Shown: piece after piece, positions 8,886 through 18,778 of the stretch | How positions within the stretch are numbered: the stretch's first letter is position 1 | Layout: each line of letters opens with the position of its first letter | From: a virus | Lineage: Duplodnaviria > Caudoviricetes | Reading direction: 5' to 3' (one strand) | DNA length: 56,195 nt | IMG/VR virus record: IMGVR_UViG_3300025128_000045 | Span: 1 to 56,195 of that record | Translations under genes and position numbers: made by a program | Notes under the pieces: generated by a model | Told to the model about the DNA's origin: nothing | What the model saw: only the letters and a program-made list of their open reading frames with translations | Databases searched by the model: none

Positions 8886-9860
8886 TTGATTCTGTTATTA
8901 GTTGGTATCTCTCTTGGTATGGCTTTGCACACCTACTATTACCTTCCTCTAAAATGTCTCTTATCGTAAACATTAAACATTCCAACTCTAAATATTCATC
9001 ATGTAATTCGTATCTGTATTTCATTTACTCTCCTGTTTATCTACTAAAACTATTTCTGATTGATTAACTCTGCTCCCCGACAGATTATCGAGCCACTCTT
9101 TACGAGCATTCTCACTATAAAAAACATACTTTGAAAACTGGCTCTCTTCCTCAAATATAAATACTAAGTATATCATTTATTCTCCTTCCATTTGTAATAT
9201 TTGTTCTAAACTCCTGTATCCTGTACGAGAATATAAAATACTCTCTAATGACTCTAAATTCGTTCCATTAATTGAGGTCACTAAGCATATCTCTTCTTTT
9301 GTAGCTGTTTCTGTATCGACTAAGTAGTCCCATAGGCTGTTCATTTTTTCATTCATAACTATTTACTCCTCATTTTTAATACCTCAACACCACCACCAAA
9401 ACCCTTTAATGATGCAAATGCTCTACATTCACTCATAGTCCCTGTGAAATTGAATATCCTGTTAAAATATTTATCATCACCTATTTTAACAACACAAAAT
9501 CTCTCTGTATTCATAACTATTTCTCCTCCTGTTTTTTAAATCTAAAATACCATTTAATCTCATTTGCTACAAGAACACCTATTGGTATTACAATGTAAAT
9601 AAAACTAAATATTAATATAAAAATTGTAAATTGTGTACCATCTACAACTAAATTTCCATGTATATCATGCATAATTATGCCTTTCCTATTAAGTTTACAT
9701 ATCTTCTGCTCTTCGTAGCACTAATTTCTCTTCTATCCAATTGTTTTTGGCTTAATTGATTTTGACTACGACCATTTTTAAATGTTGGTCGCACTCTGTA
9801 ATTACCCTCATCACTTGCTATGTAACAAGGTGTTTTAGAATATATTTCCATTATTTATTC
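8850..9860 (-). other. Run of tiny (<60 aa) early ORFs below the track cutoff
   Basis: Repeated GGAG RBS plus ATG junctions near 9022, 9175, 9353, 9512 and 9849. Confidence 0.5.
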
Positions 9861-9863
9861 TCC

Positions 9864-10139
9864 TTAAAAATAAAAGCCGATATAAACTTTACGGCTTGGT
9901 TTAATTGCTATTGTGTTTCCTGTATTATAATTCTCTGCATAATACTTTTTATCAGTTCGGCAGTACTCTGCATCATGATAAACGGCATTAGCAGTTGGAT
10001 TAAGTTTAAAAAAGTCCTCTTTAGATTTCTTCAACTCTCGCATTGTAATTTCTGTGACCTCTTCAATAAAGGTTTCGTTATATTCATCTGTAGCAGTACG
10101 AACAACTACATTATGTTTGATTTTCATATTATCTCTCAA
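9864..10139 (-). CDS. Hypothetical early protein
   Basis: First substantial ORF of the early operon. Confidence 0.7.
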   Translation of the reverse strand: MRDNMKIKHNVVVRTATDEYNETFIEEVTEITMRELKKSKEDFFKLNPTANAVYHDAEYCRTDKKYYAENYNTGNTIAIKPSRKVYIGFYF

Positions 10140-10146
10140 TTAATTA

Positions 10147-10201
10147 GAGGAATGCGAGGTATCGAACCTCGACAGAACATCTGTCTTCCATATACATTCC
10201 T
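10147..10201 (-). ncRNA. tRNA-like element lacking a D stem
   Basis: AGGAATG/CATTCCT 7-bp stem, T-arm CGAGG-TTCGATA-CCTCG, central hairpin ACAGA-TGT-TCTGT. Confidence 0.55.
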
Positions 10202-10470
10202 AAATGTTTACAATCTCTTGCAGTACCAACTATTGATACTCACTTGCCATAGGCTACCATCCGTAAAAACCTCCGATTAACTTTACTAACTCAATTCTAT
10301 TGTATGGTTAGTAAGTCACCTCATTATTAGGCTACACGGTAAGTGGTGCATCCACAAGCTACTCTCAGCACCGATTGTTTTTAACTGCCGACCTCACAAT
10401 TCAAAGTATGGAGGTGAGCCGTCATCGTTTCGGTTATTTCAAAAATCATTGATGTTTAATCAACTACCGT

Positions 10471-10500
10471 AAGTTCGTATGGTTGACAGATATCAACCAA
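10471..10500 (-). promoter_or_regulatory. Putative early promoter overlapped by palindromic operator
   Basis: TGGTTGA-N6-TCAACCA at 10480-10499; minus strand TTGGTT-N18-GAACTT mirrors the spacing at 4698-4727. Confidence 0.35.
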
Positions 10501-10603
10501 GAAATAAATCAATCAGAGGTACGAACACAATATGTTGTGGTGTTTGATTGGTTTTGGTTGGATACCACCACAATATGCAGGTCTACCCCTCGACAGATTA
10601 CCA

Positions 10604-10834
10604 TTACCCCCTATAGAATACCTTAGATTCCTGTAATATATGTTTAATAATACTTGCCTGTGATATAGTGACCTGTACAACTCTGCCATGCCTTATGATT
10701 TTAGGATATGTTATTGGTTTGATTGGATATGATTTAATAAAGTTATAAAGCCGTATTAAATCCTTAAGTTTAAAATCGTGGAATGAGTTCTGTTGCAATA
10801 ATTGTCTGTCTATATATATATTGAATAAATCCAT
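10604..10834 (-). CDS. Possible hypothetical protein
   Basis: ORF with AAGGA upstream in otherwise non-coding region. Confidence 0.4.
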   Translation of the reverse strand: MDLFNIYIDRQLLQQNSFHDFKLKDLIRLYNFIKSYPIKPITYPKIIRHGRVVQVTISQASIIKHILQESKVFYRG

Positions 10835-10924
10835 TTTAAAATCCTTAATTAATTATAATATACAATCTCAAATCCTGTGCCGTAATCAGCACCGAGGACA
10901 GGCAGTTATTACAGGCTCAGATAT

Positions 10925-10961
10925 AGTAACTATTGTTACTAATAAAGTAACTTTGGTTACT
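10925..10961. promoter_or_regulatory. Tandem palindromic binding sites AGTAAC-N4-GTTACT x2
   Basis: 10925-10940 and 10946-10961, 21-bp period. Confidence 0.55.
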
Positions 10962-11403
10962 AACTCCCGACAGGATACCGAACCCCGACAGAACCTCATT
11001 CTTTACCATTACCTATATACACTAATACATTTTATTATCAGCTTAGATTGGTAGGTGGATGCATAGGTGGTGGCTCGGTGGTGTCTAATCAGATACAGAT
11101 ATATAATAAGATTGTTACTGCATTTGTATTTATGGATGCAATTGTATAATCTGTGCCGATGGATTAAAAGCATTATTGGTACCTGTATGCGTAGGAGGTC
11201 ACCGAGGAGAGATTAGCAGGTTGTTATCATTGGATAGATTAGTAGGTATCACTATCACTTTTAATCTGTGGAAAAAAATGGAAAATAACGGAATTGCGAT
11301 ACCGAAAACCCATTCGCATGGGGGCTATGTTTCTATTTTAGCCGTATAACAAAATCCTACAATTTTTACAGTTTAGTGTTACGACCTATTGTTATATTAC
11401 CTT

Positions 11404-12093
11404 ATGCGACAATACAAGGTAAAGGGCAAACAGCACCTAATCTATGAGCCGGGGGATGACCTCCCGGACCATATCATGCCTCGTAAAGATTGGAAGGAAG
11501 CACGGGTCGGGGACTGGGTGGTTGCTGATGATAACTGTGTTATTCAAATACTTAGACGGGGTAAGTTAGGTAGACATAAGACTATTGGTACTTGTACTGG
11601 AACTTATGCCTCTTCTATGGATACGGAAAGACGGGCTAATATTTACAATCTTAGTGGTAATGTAGCCGAGGTTACGATACATACTCGTAAAAACTGTACC
11701 AAGAGAGAAGAGTTATTTGCTTCGAGGGTCGCCAAGGGGCAAGACCCGGCAGAAGCCTACCTTGACATATACCCGGCAAAGAGCGAGACCTATGCTAAGA
11801 AACAAGCTGCACTTTTATTAACTACAGAAAGGGTGGATACTTTAGTGAACGAAAAACTACAAGATACTTTCAATACTTTAGGGGTTGATTTGAACTACCT
11901 AATTGGTGTTGCCAAAGACATTACAGACAATGCCAGAAATGATTCAGACCGGATTCGTAGCTTAAACATGCTATGGGATGCTTTTGGTGTTGTTGAGAAA
12001 CAGAAGGTAACTAATGTGACCGGGATTTTTCAAGGACTTAGCCAAGAACAGCTGGAAGCAGCACAAAGACCGGAGCTACCTGAACATGTATGA
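11404..12093 (+). CDS. Terminase small subunit (putative)
   Basis: ELFASRVAKGQDPAEAYLDIY...YAKKQAALLL HTH pattern; first late gene; ATG 11404 preferred to TTG 11389. Confidence 0.65.
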   Translation: MRQYKVKGKQHLIYEPGDDLPDHIMPRKDWKEARVGDWVVADDNCVIQILRRGKLGRHKTIGTCTGTYASSMDTERRANIYNLSGNVAEVTIHTRKNCTKREELFASRVAKGQDPAEAYLDIYPAKSETYAKKQAALLLTTERVDTLVNEKLQDTFNTLGVDLNYLIGVAKDITDNARNDSDRIRSLNMLWDAFGVVEKQKVTNVTGIFQGLSQEQLEAAQRPELPEHV

Positions 12094-12361
12094 TGACATA
12101 TTATTAGCCGATGGATTTAATGATGCTTTAGTTGGAGTGACTTCTAAGAACATTGCAGTCTATGATATAAATAAATGTTTTAAAGTCCTTATCAAACAGG
12201 GTATGAGCGAGGATGATGCAATAGAATATTTTTATTTTAATGTAGAGGGTGCTTATGTTGGTGAGCAGACTCCTATCTATATTCATACTGACGAGTCTAA
12301 AGACATGATACTTGATGTTAACGATAAGACTAATCTCAGAACTTATAAAGGTGAAGCATAG
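12086..12361 (+). CDS. Conserved phage hypothetical protein
   Basis: ADGFNDALVG...AIEYFYFNVEGAYVGEQTP. Confidence 0.75.
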   Translation: MYDDILLADGFNDALVGVTSKNIAVYDINKCFKVLIKQGMSEDDAIEYFYFNVEGAYVGEQTPIYIHTDESKDMILDVNDKTNLRTYKGEA

Positions 12362-13995
12362 TGAGTCTTGTAGAGAAACCAAGAAATTACAAGAAGGAAT
12401 ATAAGAAATTCCAATCCTCGCCTTCACAAATTAAAAAACGAACAGAATTAAACCGTATAAACCATGAGAAGGGAACTTATGGTAATGGAGACGGCAAAGA
12501 TGTCTCTCATGTAAACGGTGGTGTAAAACTTGAACCAGAGTCCACTAATCGTGGCAGAAAGGAAAAATCTCGCATGAACGGTAGTAAAAGAAAAATGAAT
12601 AACGGTGGTAAGGTTAAGTACGATAATGGTGGTGGTGTAAAAGATACTTTAGCTACTTTACAAAGATTAGGTAAAAGTCCGGAAGAGATAGAGCAGCTGA
12701 TGAAAAATAGAGCAACAGCACTTAAGGAACACGAAGCAACTAAAGTAAAACCTTCTACTGAAAGATATAAAAGCAAGTCTGAATGGGGTAAGCTTGGAAA
12801 ACATGGTTCTGCAGAAAGAATAGCTGAATACAAAAGACGAGGTTGGGCTATGGATGCAACTACTGGTGGACCAGACCAAAAAACTAAACCTAAAACTCCA
12901 ACTAAATGGGGTAAGCAAGTTGAGAAACCCGGGACTAAACCTGTTAAGCCAACAGTTCCATTTACTGACGATACTTTGCCTGAAGATGCAGATATTACTT
13001 ACGATGAAAAGTTTATCCCAAAGATGCCCGGAGATGATAAGTTTACACTTTTGAGTCAGAAAGACCAGTCTGAGATGTCTGTTGGTGAACAAAAAGGTTA
13101 TCTTAAAGAAAAACAAAAATATCAAGCAAGATTGCAAGATAAGTATAAAAAGGAAGATAGACAGGAAAAAATAGATAAAGTTAAGAAAAAAGCTTCTGAT
13201 GTTATCGAAGGTGGTAAAAGAAAAATTTCTGGTATTAAAACTAAAGTGTCTGATAAGCGTGCTCAAAATAAAAAAGAACGAGAGGCTATGAGGCAAAGGA
13301 GATTAAAGCTTACCGAGGAAAAAAGGAATAAAAGAGCAAAACTAAAAGAAGAAAAAAAGATAACTCGAAAAGCTAAGACTGAGAAACGACAATTTGACCC
13401 TGTAACTGGTGAGCGAATAAATACTGCAAAAACAGCATATGATGCAAAGAAGTTTAGAGAAAGCCAGCAAAGAAAGGTTGAGCGAAAGGGTAGAGAAAAA
13501 TCTATATCTAAAGCTAAATTTAGGCAGGATAATAAAGGCAAAGATGTAGTAAAAGAAAATCTTTTTGCAGATGTTGGTAAAAAAATCAAAGGACTCTTTA
13601 AAAAGAAAATGCAAGAAGGTGGTATGCTTGAAGGACCGTCTCATGCTAAAGGTGGTATTCCTGCCAAGGTTGGTAAGCAACCTATTGAGATGGAAGGTGG
13701 AGAGTATGTTATTAAAAAATCTTCTGCTAACAAACTTGGCGAGGATGTGCTTGACTATCTTAATAAAACAGGTAAAGTTCCACAGTTTATGGCTGGTGGA
13801 TATACTAAGAAAATGTATATGGATGGTGGAATGGTCGAAGGTGAGGCTTTAGAGATGGGTGGTAAGGTTCAGGACAATAGAGCTGGTTTTACTCCTGTGT
13901 ATGAACAAGGTGGTAGAGTAACGGTTTCTTCTGAAGCCGGGGCTGGTGATGTAGCCAATACTCATACACACTCTGGCTATAAGGCAGGTGAGTAA
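12361..13995 (+). CDS. Lys-rich multi-module protein with HNH-like N-terminus and repeated GG motifs
   Basis: RNYKKEY...GDGKDVSH...NRGR; GPSHAKGGIP...EGGEYVI; seven xxGGx motifs. Confidence 0.75.
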   Translation: MSLVEKPRNYKKEYKKFQSSPSQIKKRTELNRINHEKGTYGNGDGKDVSHVNGGVKLEPESTNRGRKEKSRMNGSKRKMNNGGKVKYDNGGGVKDTLATLQRLGKSPEEIEQLMKNRATALKEHEATKVKPSTERYKSKSEWGKLGKHGSAERIAEYKRRGWAMDATTGGPDQKTKPKTPTKWGKQVEKPGTKPVKPTVPFTDDTLPEDADITYDEKFIPKMPGDDKFTLLSQKDQSEMSVGEQKGYLKEKQKYQARLQDKYKKEDRQEKIDKVKKKASDVIEGGKRKISGIKTKVSDKRAQNKKEREAMRQRRLKLTEEKRNKRAKLKEEKKITRKAKTEKRQFDPVTGERINTAKTAYDAKKFRESQQRKVERKGREKSISKAKFRQDNKGKDVVKENLFADVGKKIKGLFKKKMQEGGMLEGPSHAKGGIPAKVGKQPIEMEGGEYVIKKSSANKLGEDVLDYLNKTGKVPQFMAGGYTKKMYMDGGMVEGEALEMGGKVQDNRAGFTPVYEQGGRVTVSSEAGAGDVANTHTHSGYKAGE

Positions 13996-15553
13996 CTATA
14001 ACACACAAAATGTAGCTAAAGCTGAAGAAGCTTTATTATTAGCTTCCCGTGACTTAATTGCTTTCGGGAAGTTGTTTTTACCAGACGATTTTATGCGAAG
14101 TGAGACTCCTTGGTTTCATTACGAGATGGCTGACAAGATGAATGAGAAGGATGGCAAGAACTATAAACATAATAACCTCGCTATTATTCTCCCTCGTGGA
14201 CATGGAAAAACAGTACTAACTAAAGCAGACATCCTTAGAAGTTTTTGTTTTGCAAAAGACCCTTTGTTTTATGGTTGGGTTTCAGCGACTCAAAAACTTG
14301 CAACAGGGAATATGGACTATATCAAAACTCATATAGAGATGAATGAAACAATACGGTACTATTTTGGGGATTTAAAAGGGAAAAAGTGGACAGAACAGGA
14401 CATTGAGTTTTCTAATGGCTGTAAACTTATATCGAAGTCTAATATTTCAGGTATTCGTGGTGGTGCTAAACTTCATAAAAGATATGACCTTATTATACTC
14501 GATGACTTTGAAGATGAAAACAATACCCTAACTTCTGAAAGCCGTTCTAAGAATGCAAATATGGTAACTGCAGTTGTACACCCGGCATTAGAACCTGACG
14601 GTGGTAGACTGCGAATTAACGGTACTCCTGTACACTATGACAGCTTCATTAATAATCTTATTATAAATTCCGAAAGAGCTAAGTCAGATAACACAGATTT
14701 TAGCTGGGAAGTTTTAATGCATAAGGCTATCCAGTCGGATGGTCAGCCTTTATGGGCAAGTTGGTTTTCAAAAGATAAGCTTAACGAGAAAAAGAAGTTT
14801 TATGCAGATTCCGGACAGCCAAATAAATTCTATCAAGAATATATGATGGAGGTTCAGTCTGAAGAAGATTCTATCTTTAATATGCGACATATAAACTACT
14901 GGGATGGGAATTTTAAATATGATGAAAATAGTGAAATTAGTTATGTAGTTATAGATGGTCAAGAAAAGCCTGTCAATACTTATATGGGAGTAGACCCAGC
15001 TACGGATTCAGAGAGAAGAGAAAGCGATTTTAGTGTAATTATAGTTATAGCTATTGATGAAGATTCAAATATTTATGTTTTAGATTATATTCGCAAAAGA
15101 GGTTTACCTGTTCTTGCTATTCCGGGTGAAGATAAAAAAGGAATAGTAGATTATGTATTTGAACAGAACTCTATATTTAAGCCCCGTCTTACCGTCATAG
15201 AAGATACAACAATGTCTCGACCAGTATTTCAATCTATTATATCAGAAATGAGACGGAGAAACGATTTTACCGTAAAGGTTAAACAAGAAAAACCCGGCAC
15301 AAGAATGTCAAAAAGAGACCGTATCCAAGAAATTCTTGCACAAAGAATGGCTATTGGTGCAGTAAAAATTAAAAAAACACATTACGACTTACAGCATGAG
15401 ATTATAACTTTTGGTCCACGGATGGCACATGATGATACTATAGATGCATTAGCCTATTCTGTTAAATACTCAATACCCCCGACAGGACTTGAAACACATA
15501 AAGGTACTCGTAGAAAAGTCGTACAAATGCCTAAAAATTGGGTAATAGCATAA
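13988..15553 (+). CDS. terL: Terminase large subunit
   Basis: Walker A PRGHGKT, Walker B IILDDFE, nuclease MGVDPA...SDFS...HDDTIDALAY. Confidence 0.95.
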   Translation: MSNYNTQNVAKAEEALLLASRDLIAFGKLFLPDDFMRSETPWFHYEMADKMNEKDGKNYKHNNLAIILPRGHGKTVLTKADILRSFCFAKDPLFYGWVSATQKLATGNMDYIKTHIEMNETIRYYFGDLKGKKWTEQDIEFSNGCKLISKSNISGIRGGAKLHKRYDLIILDDFEDENNTLTSESRSKNANMVTAVVHPALEPDGGRLRINGTPVHYDSFINNLIINSERAKSDNTDFSWEVLMHKAIQSDGQPLWASWFSKDKLNEKKKFYADSGQPNKFYQEYMMEVQSEEDSIFNMRHINYWDGNFKYDENSEISYVVIDGQEKPVNTYMGVDPATDSERRESDFSVIIVIAIDEDSNIYVLDYIRKRGLPVLAIPGEDKKGIVDYVFEQNSIFKPRLTVIEDTTMSRPVFQSIISEMRRRNDFTVKVKQEKPGTRMSKRDRIQEILAQRMAIGAVKIKKTHYDLQHEIITFGPRMAHDDTIDALAYSVKYSIPPTGLETHKGTRRKVVQMPKNWVIA

Positions 15554-17811
15554 TGGACAAAAGAGCAACCAAAATAGAACACCTATTTAATCAGTTAAAT
15601 GGGAATACTCGTAAAGAATGGGAGCATAAAAATCAAGAAGGTCATAACTTTTATCTTGATAACCAACTTTCACGAGATGAGGAGATTGCATTAAAAAATC
15701 AAGGAATGCCCTCTTTTACTATAAACCGAATAATTCCTGTAGTTGAAATGTTAAACTACTATGTTACCGAAAAAGACCCTAAGTGGCAAGCTGTTGCTGC
15801 TGAAGGTAGTGATTCTAAAATAGCAGCTGTTCATGCAGATATGGCTGATTACATATGGTATAGTAGTAAAGGTTCTGCTGTATATAACCAAATTATAACA
15901 GACTCATTAACAAAAAGTATAGGATATTTTCGTGTCCGGGTAGATGCAAATGCTGACCATGGAATGGGAGAGGTTGTATTTGATTCTATTGAGCCTTTTG
16001 ATGTATATCCAGACCCTAAGTCGAGAGATTTGCTCTTTAGGGATGCTGGCTATATTTTAATATATAAGCAGGTACTTCGCAGTCACCTACTTAATGACTT
16101 GCCAGAATTTTCTGCTAAGATAAAAAAGGCATCCGGACAAGGTTTATATAATGTGACAGGTCAAGAACGGTCTGATGGTAACGATTTCCAATATAACGAT
16201 ATAAGTGAGGGTTGGAAAATAGACGGTGAAAGAGATGATATACTTTCTTATTACGAGATGTATGAAAAAGTAAAAGTAGCTTATCGTAATGTCTTTTATA
16301 AAATGCAACCTACTCAGGAAGAGATAGATGCTATAACTGCACAAATTGACCAAGACATGCAATCCTTTATAGCTGAATCTCAGGTTAAACTTGAAGAATC
16401 AATAATGGCTATTGGTAAAAATCTTGAAGATGGTGTTATAATTCAAAGTAGACATGATTTAGAAGTCCAGAAAGCACAGCAAGCTGCAGAGCAACAACTC
16501 CAGCAAGAGAGAGAGTCTCGTATAAGTGCTGCAATGGAAGAAGCTGGTAAGGTTGAACAAACTGTAGTATCAGAAAAAGAATTTAAAATCCTTATGAAAG
16601 GTGAGCTTAGAAATAATCTCGTTGAAGCTATTAAATTTTATGATAACAAAGTTAAGGTTACTGTATGTGTGGGTGGTGAGTTCTTATATGAAAGGTTCCT
16701 GCCCGGGACAGAGTATCCAATTATACCTGTACACTACAAATATACTGGTACTCCTTATCCTATGTCTGTTGTTTCTCCATTAGTAGGTAAACAAAAAGAA
16801 TTAAATAAAGCTCATCAATTAATGATTCATAATGCTTCATTGGGTTCCTCATTAAGATGGATGGCTTATGATGGCTCTATAGATAAAGAGCATTGGGAAA
16901 AGTTTGCTACAGCTCCGGGTGCTATACTTCCTGTTAATCATGGATATGATGCCCCGACAGCTATACAGCCAGCACCAATATCTACTGCCTTTGCTAATAT
17001 AGTAGATAGAGGTAAGATGGATATTGAACACTTAGCAGGTATTTATTCTTCTATGCAAGGTGACACCTCGTCACAACCAGAAACATATAGAGGTTTACTT
17101 GCTTCTGATGAATATGGTACAAGAAGAGTTAAAGCTTGGATTACTAATTCTATACATCCTGCATTGCAACAATTTGGCTTAGTAGTAAGAGATTATGCTC
17201 AAGCTACTTATAAGATTAATAAAGTATTTAGAGTAGTACAGCCAAATGCAATAGCTCAAGAAGATGAATATAAAGATGTCGAAATCAATAAGATGTTATA
17301 TAATGATTACGGTCAAGAGATTGGAATGTTCCATGATTATGCTAATGCTAAGTTTGATGTTAGAGTTGTACCGGGTACAGGACTACCAGTAAATAGGTGG
17401 GCTTATCTTGGAGAGCTTAAAGAGCTACTTCAGCTTGGTGTTGTAGATGATATGGCAGTATTAGCCGAAACAGATATTAGAGATAAAGAAAAGATTGCTC
17501 AAAGAAAATCATTATATTCTCAGCTTCAAGGTCAAATTCAAGGTCTTGAGAAAGAAGTTAAAAGTCTCAATGGAGATAATGAAACTCTTAGAAGGCAAGT
17601 TATACAGGCTGGCATTAAGGATGCTAAACGGTCTGTTGAACATGATATGAGAAAGAATTTACTTGACTCAAGTACAAAACTTAAATCCCAAGTTGCTGAA
17701 GAAAAGGTTCGGCAAATGGGAATAACTAAGGAAATGGATAGTGTTCTTAAAGACCAACAGAAAGAAATGAGAACACAAAAAACAAATAACTTGCAGGCTA
17801 AAACTACATAA
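15553..17811 (+). CDS. Portal protein (P22-like)
   Basis: Follows TerL via TAATG; PSFTINRIIPVV, QKELNK, FDVRVVPG and C-terminal coiled coil. Confidence 0.85.
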   Translation: MDKRATKIEHLFNQLNGNTRKEWEHKNQEGHNFYLDNQLSRDEEIALKNQGMPSFTINRIIPVVEMLNYYVTEKDPKWQAVAAEGSDSKIAAVHADMADYIWYSSKGSAVYNQIITDSLTKSIGYFRVRVDANADHGMGEVVFDSIEPFDVYPDPKSRDLLFRDAGYILIYKQVLRSHLLNDLPEFSAKIKKASGQGLYNVTGQERSDGNDFQYNDISEGWKIDGERDDILSYYEMYEKVKVAYRNVFYKMQPTQEEIDAITAQIDQDMQSFIAESQVKLEESIMAIGKNLEDGVIIQSRHDLEVQKAQQAAEQQLQQERESRISAAMEEAGKVEQTVVSEKEFKILMKGELRNNLVEAIKFYDNKVKVTVCVGGEFLYERFLPGTEYPIIPVHYKYTGTPYPMSVVSPLVGKQKELNKAHQLMIHNASLGSSLRWMAYDGSIDKEHWEKFATAPGAILPVNHGYDAPTAIQPAPISTAFANIVDRGKMDIEHLAGIYSSMQGDTSSQPETYRGLLASDEYGTRRVKAWITNSIHPALQQFGLVVRDYAQATYKINKVFRVVQPNAIAQEDEYKDVEINKMLYNDYGQEIGMFHDYANAKFDVRVVPGTGLPVNRWAYLGELKELLQLGVVDDMAVLAETDIRDKEKIAQRKSLYSQLQGQIQGLEKEVKSLNGDNETLRRQVIQAGIKDAKRSVEHDMRKNLLDSSTKLKSQVAEEKVRQMGITKEMDSVLKDQQKEMRTQKTNNLQAKTT

Positions 17812-17818
17812 GTATAAT
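17791..17818 (+). promoter_or_regulatory. Sigma70-like promoter for scaffold/capsid
   Basis: TTGCAG-N16-TATAAT. Confidence 0.5.
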
Positions 17819-17851
17819 TTTAGTCTGCTGTAAACCTATAGAAAGGCTATC

Positions 17852-18757
17852 ATGCAAGAAAATATACAGGACAACTCAGAACAAGATGTAACAATCGAAA
17901 GCTCTGACTCCGGTGATTTTTTTAGTGATTTAGAGCAACAGGTGAACGGCTCTATCGTAGATGAAGTTATTGCTGATGTAGTAACTGAACAGGCTCAATC
18001 TCCGGCAACTCTCGAAAGAGACCCCGAACAACAATCAGAGCAACCTGACATATGGGAGTCAGAAGAAAACCCATATAAAAAGAGATACTCAGATTCATCA
18101 AGTGAAGGTAAGAGGCTTGCCGAAATCGTAAAAGATAACGAAAAGTACTCAGAGCTTATTAATGTGATGAAGAATGACCCCGGTGCAGCTCAGGCTGTAC
18201 TAACCCATCTCTCTGGTAAAGAGAAGGCTGACGAAGCTTCTAATCCGAGAGAGTTATTTGGACTTGATAAAGAGTTCGTTTTTGACATGGATGATGCATT
18301 GGATAATCCTCAATCAGAGTCTGCTTCGGTTATGAATAACTGGATTACTACAGTAGCTAATAATATTGTAGAAGGTAAAGTTAAAGAAATTGAAGCACAA
18401 CAGCAGGAAACTGCTAAACAGGCTGAAACAAGGGCTAAACAAGAAGCATTTATGAAAGAAAAGGGCTGGACACAAGACCAATTTGATAATTGGATGGGTA
18501 AAGTAAATGAGACTCTTTCAGGTGGTATGGATTATACACATTTAGACCGAATCGTATCTGAGGGACAAAAAGCGAGTAACATCGCAAGTAGTACCCGAAA
18601 ACAGGTTATGAATCAAATGAAAAATGTGAGTCAATACCCAAATACCGTGAGTAGTGCTAATAGTGTTAATACTGGCGATAAAAGTCCAGACGATGCTATT
18701 TTCGATGTCGTAAAAGGTGTTGATAAGGCAGTTACTATGGAAAGTTTGTTTGAATGA
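17852..18757 (+). CDS. Capsid scaffolding protein (putative)
   Basis: Acidic, helical, between portal and capsid. Confidence 0.7.
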   Translation: MQENIQDNSEQDVTIESSDSGDFFSDLEQQVNGSIVDEVIADVVTEQAQSPATLERDPEQQSEQPDIWESEENPYKKRYSDSSSEGKRLAEIVKDNEKYSELINVMKNDPGAAQAVLTHLSGKEKADEASNPRELFGLDKEFVFDMDDALDNPQSESASVMNNWITTVANNIVEGKVKEIEAQQQETAKQAETRAKQEAFMKEKGWTQDQFDNWMGKVNETLSGGMDYTHLDRIVSEGQKASNIASSTRKQVMNQMKNVSQYPNTVSSANSVNTGDKSPDDAIFDVVKGVDKAVTMESLFE

Positions 18758-18778
18758 TTAATATAAAGGACAGTTAAT

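Noticed and set aside
10147-10201. Bona fide tRNA, tmRNA or attP site
   Set aside because: No 7-nt anticodon loop, no G3-U70 or tag frame, and no integrase in the genome; kept only as a tRNA-like element
9756-10280. 174-aa plus-strand ORF
   Set aside because: Antisense to the early operon, Phe/Ile/Cys-rich shadow composition
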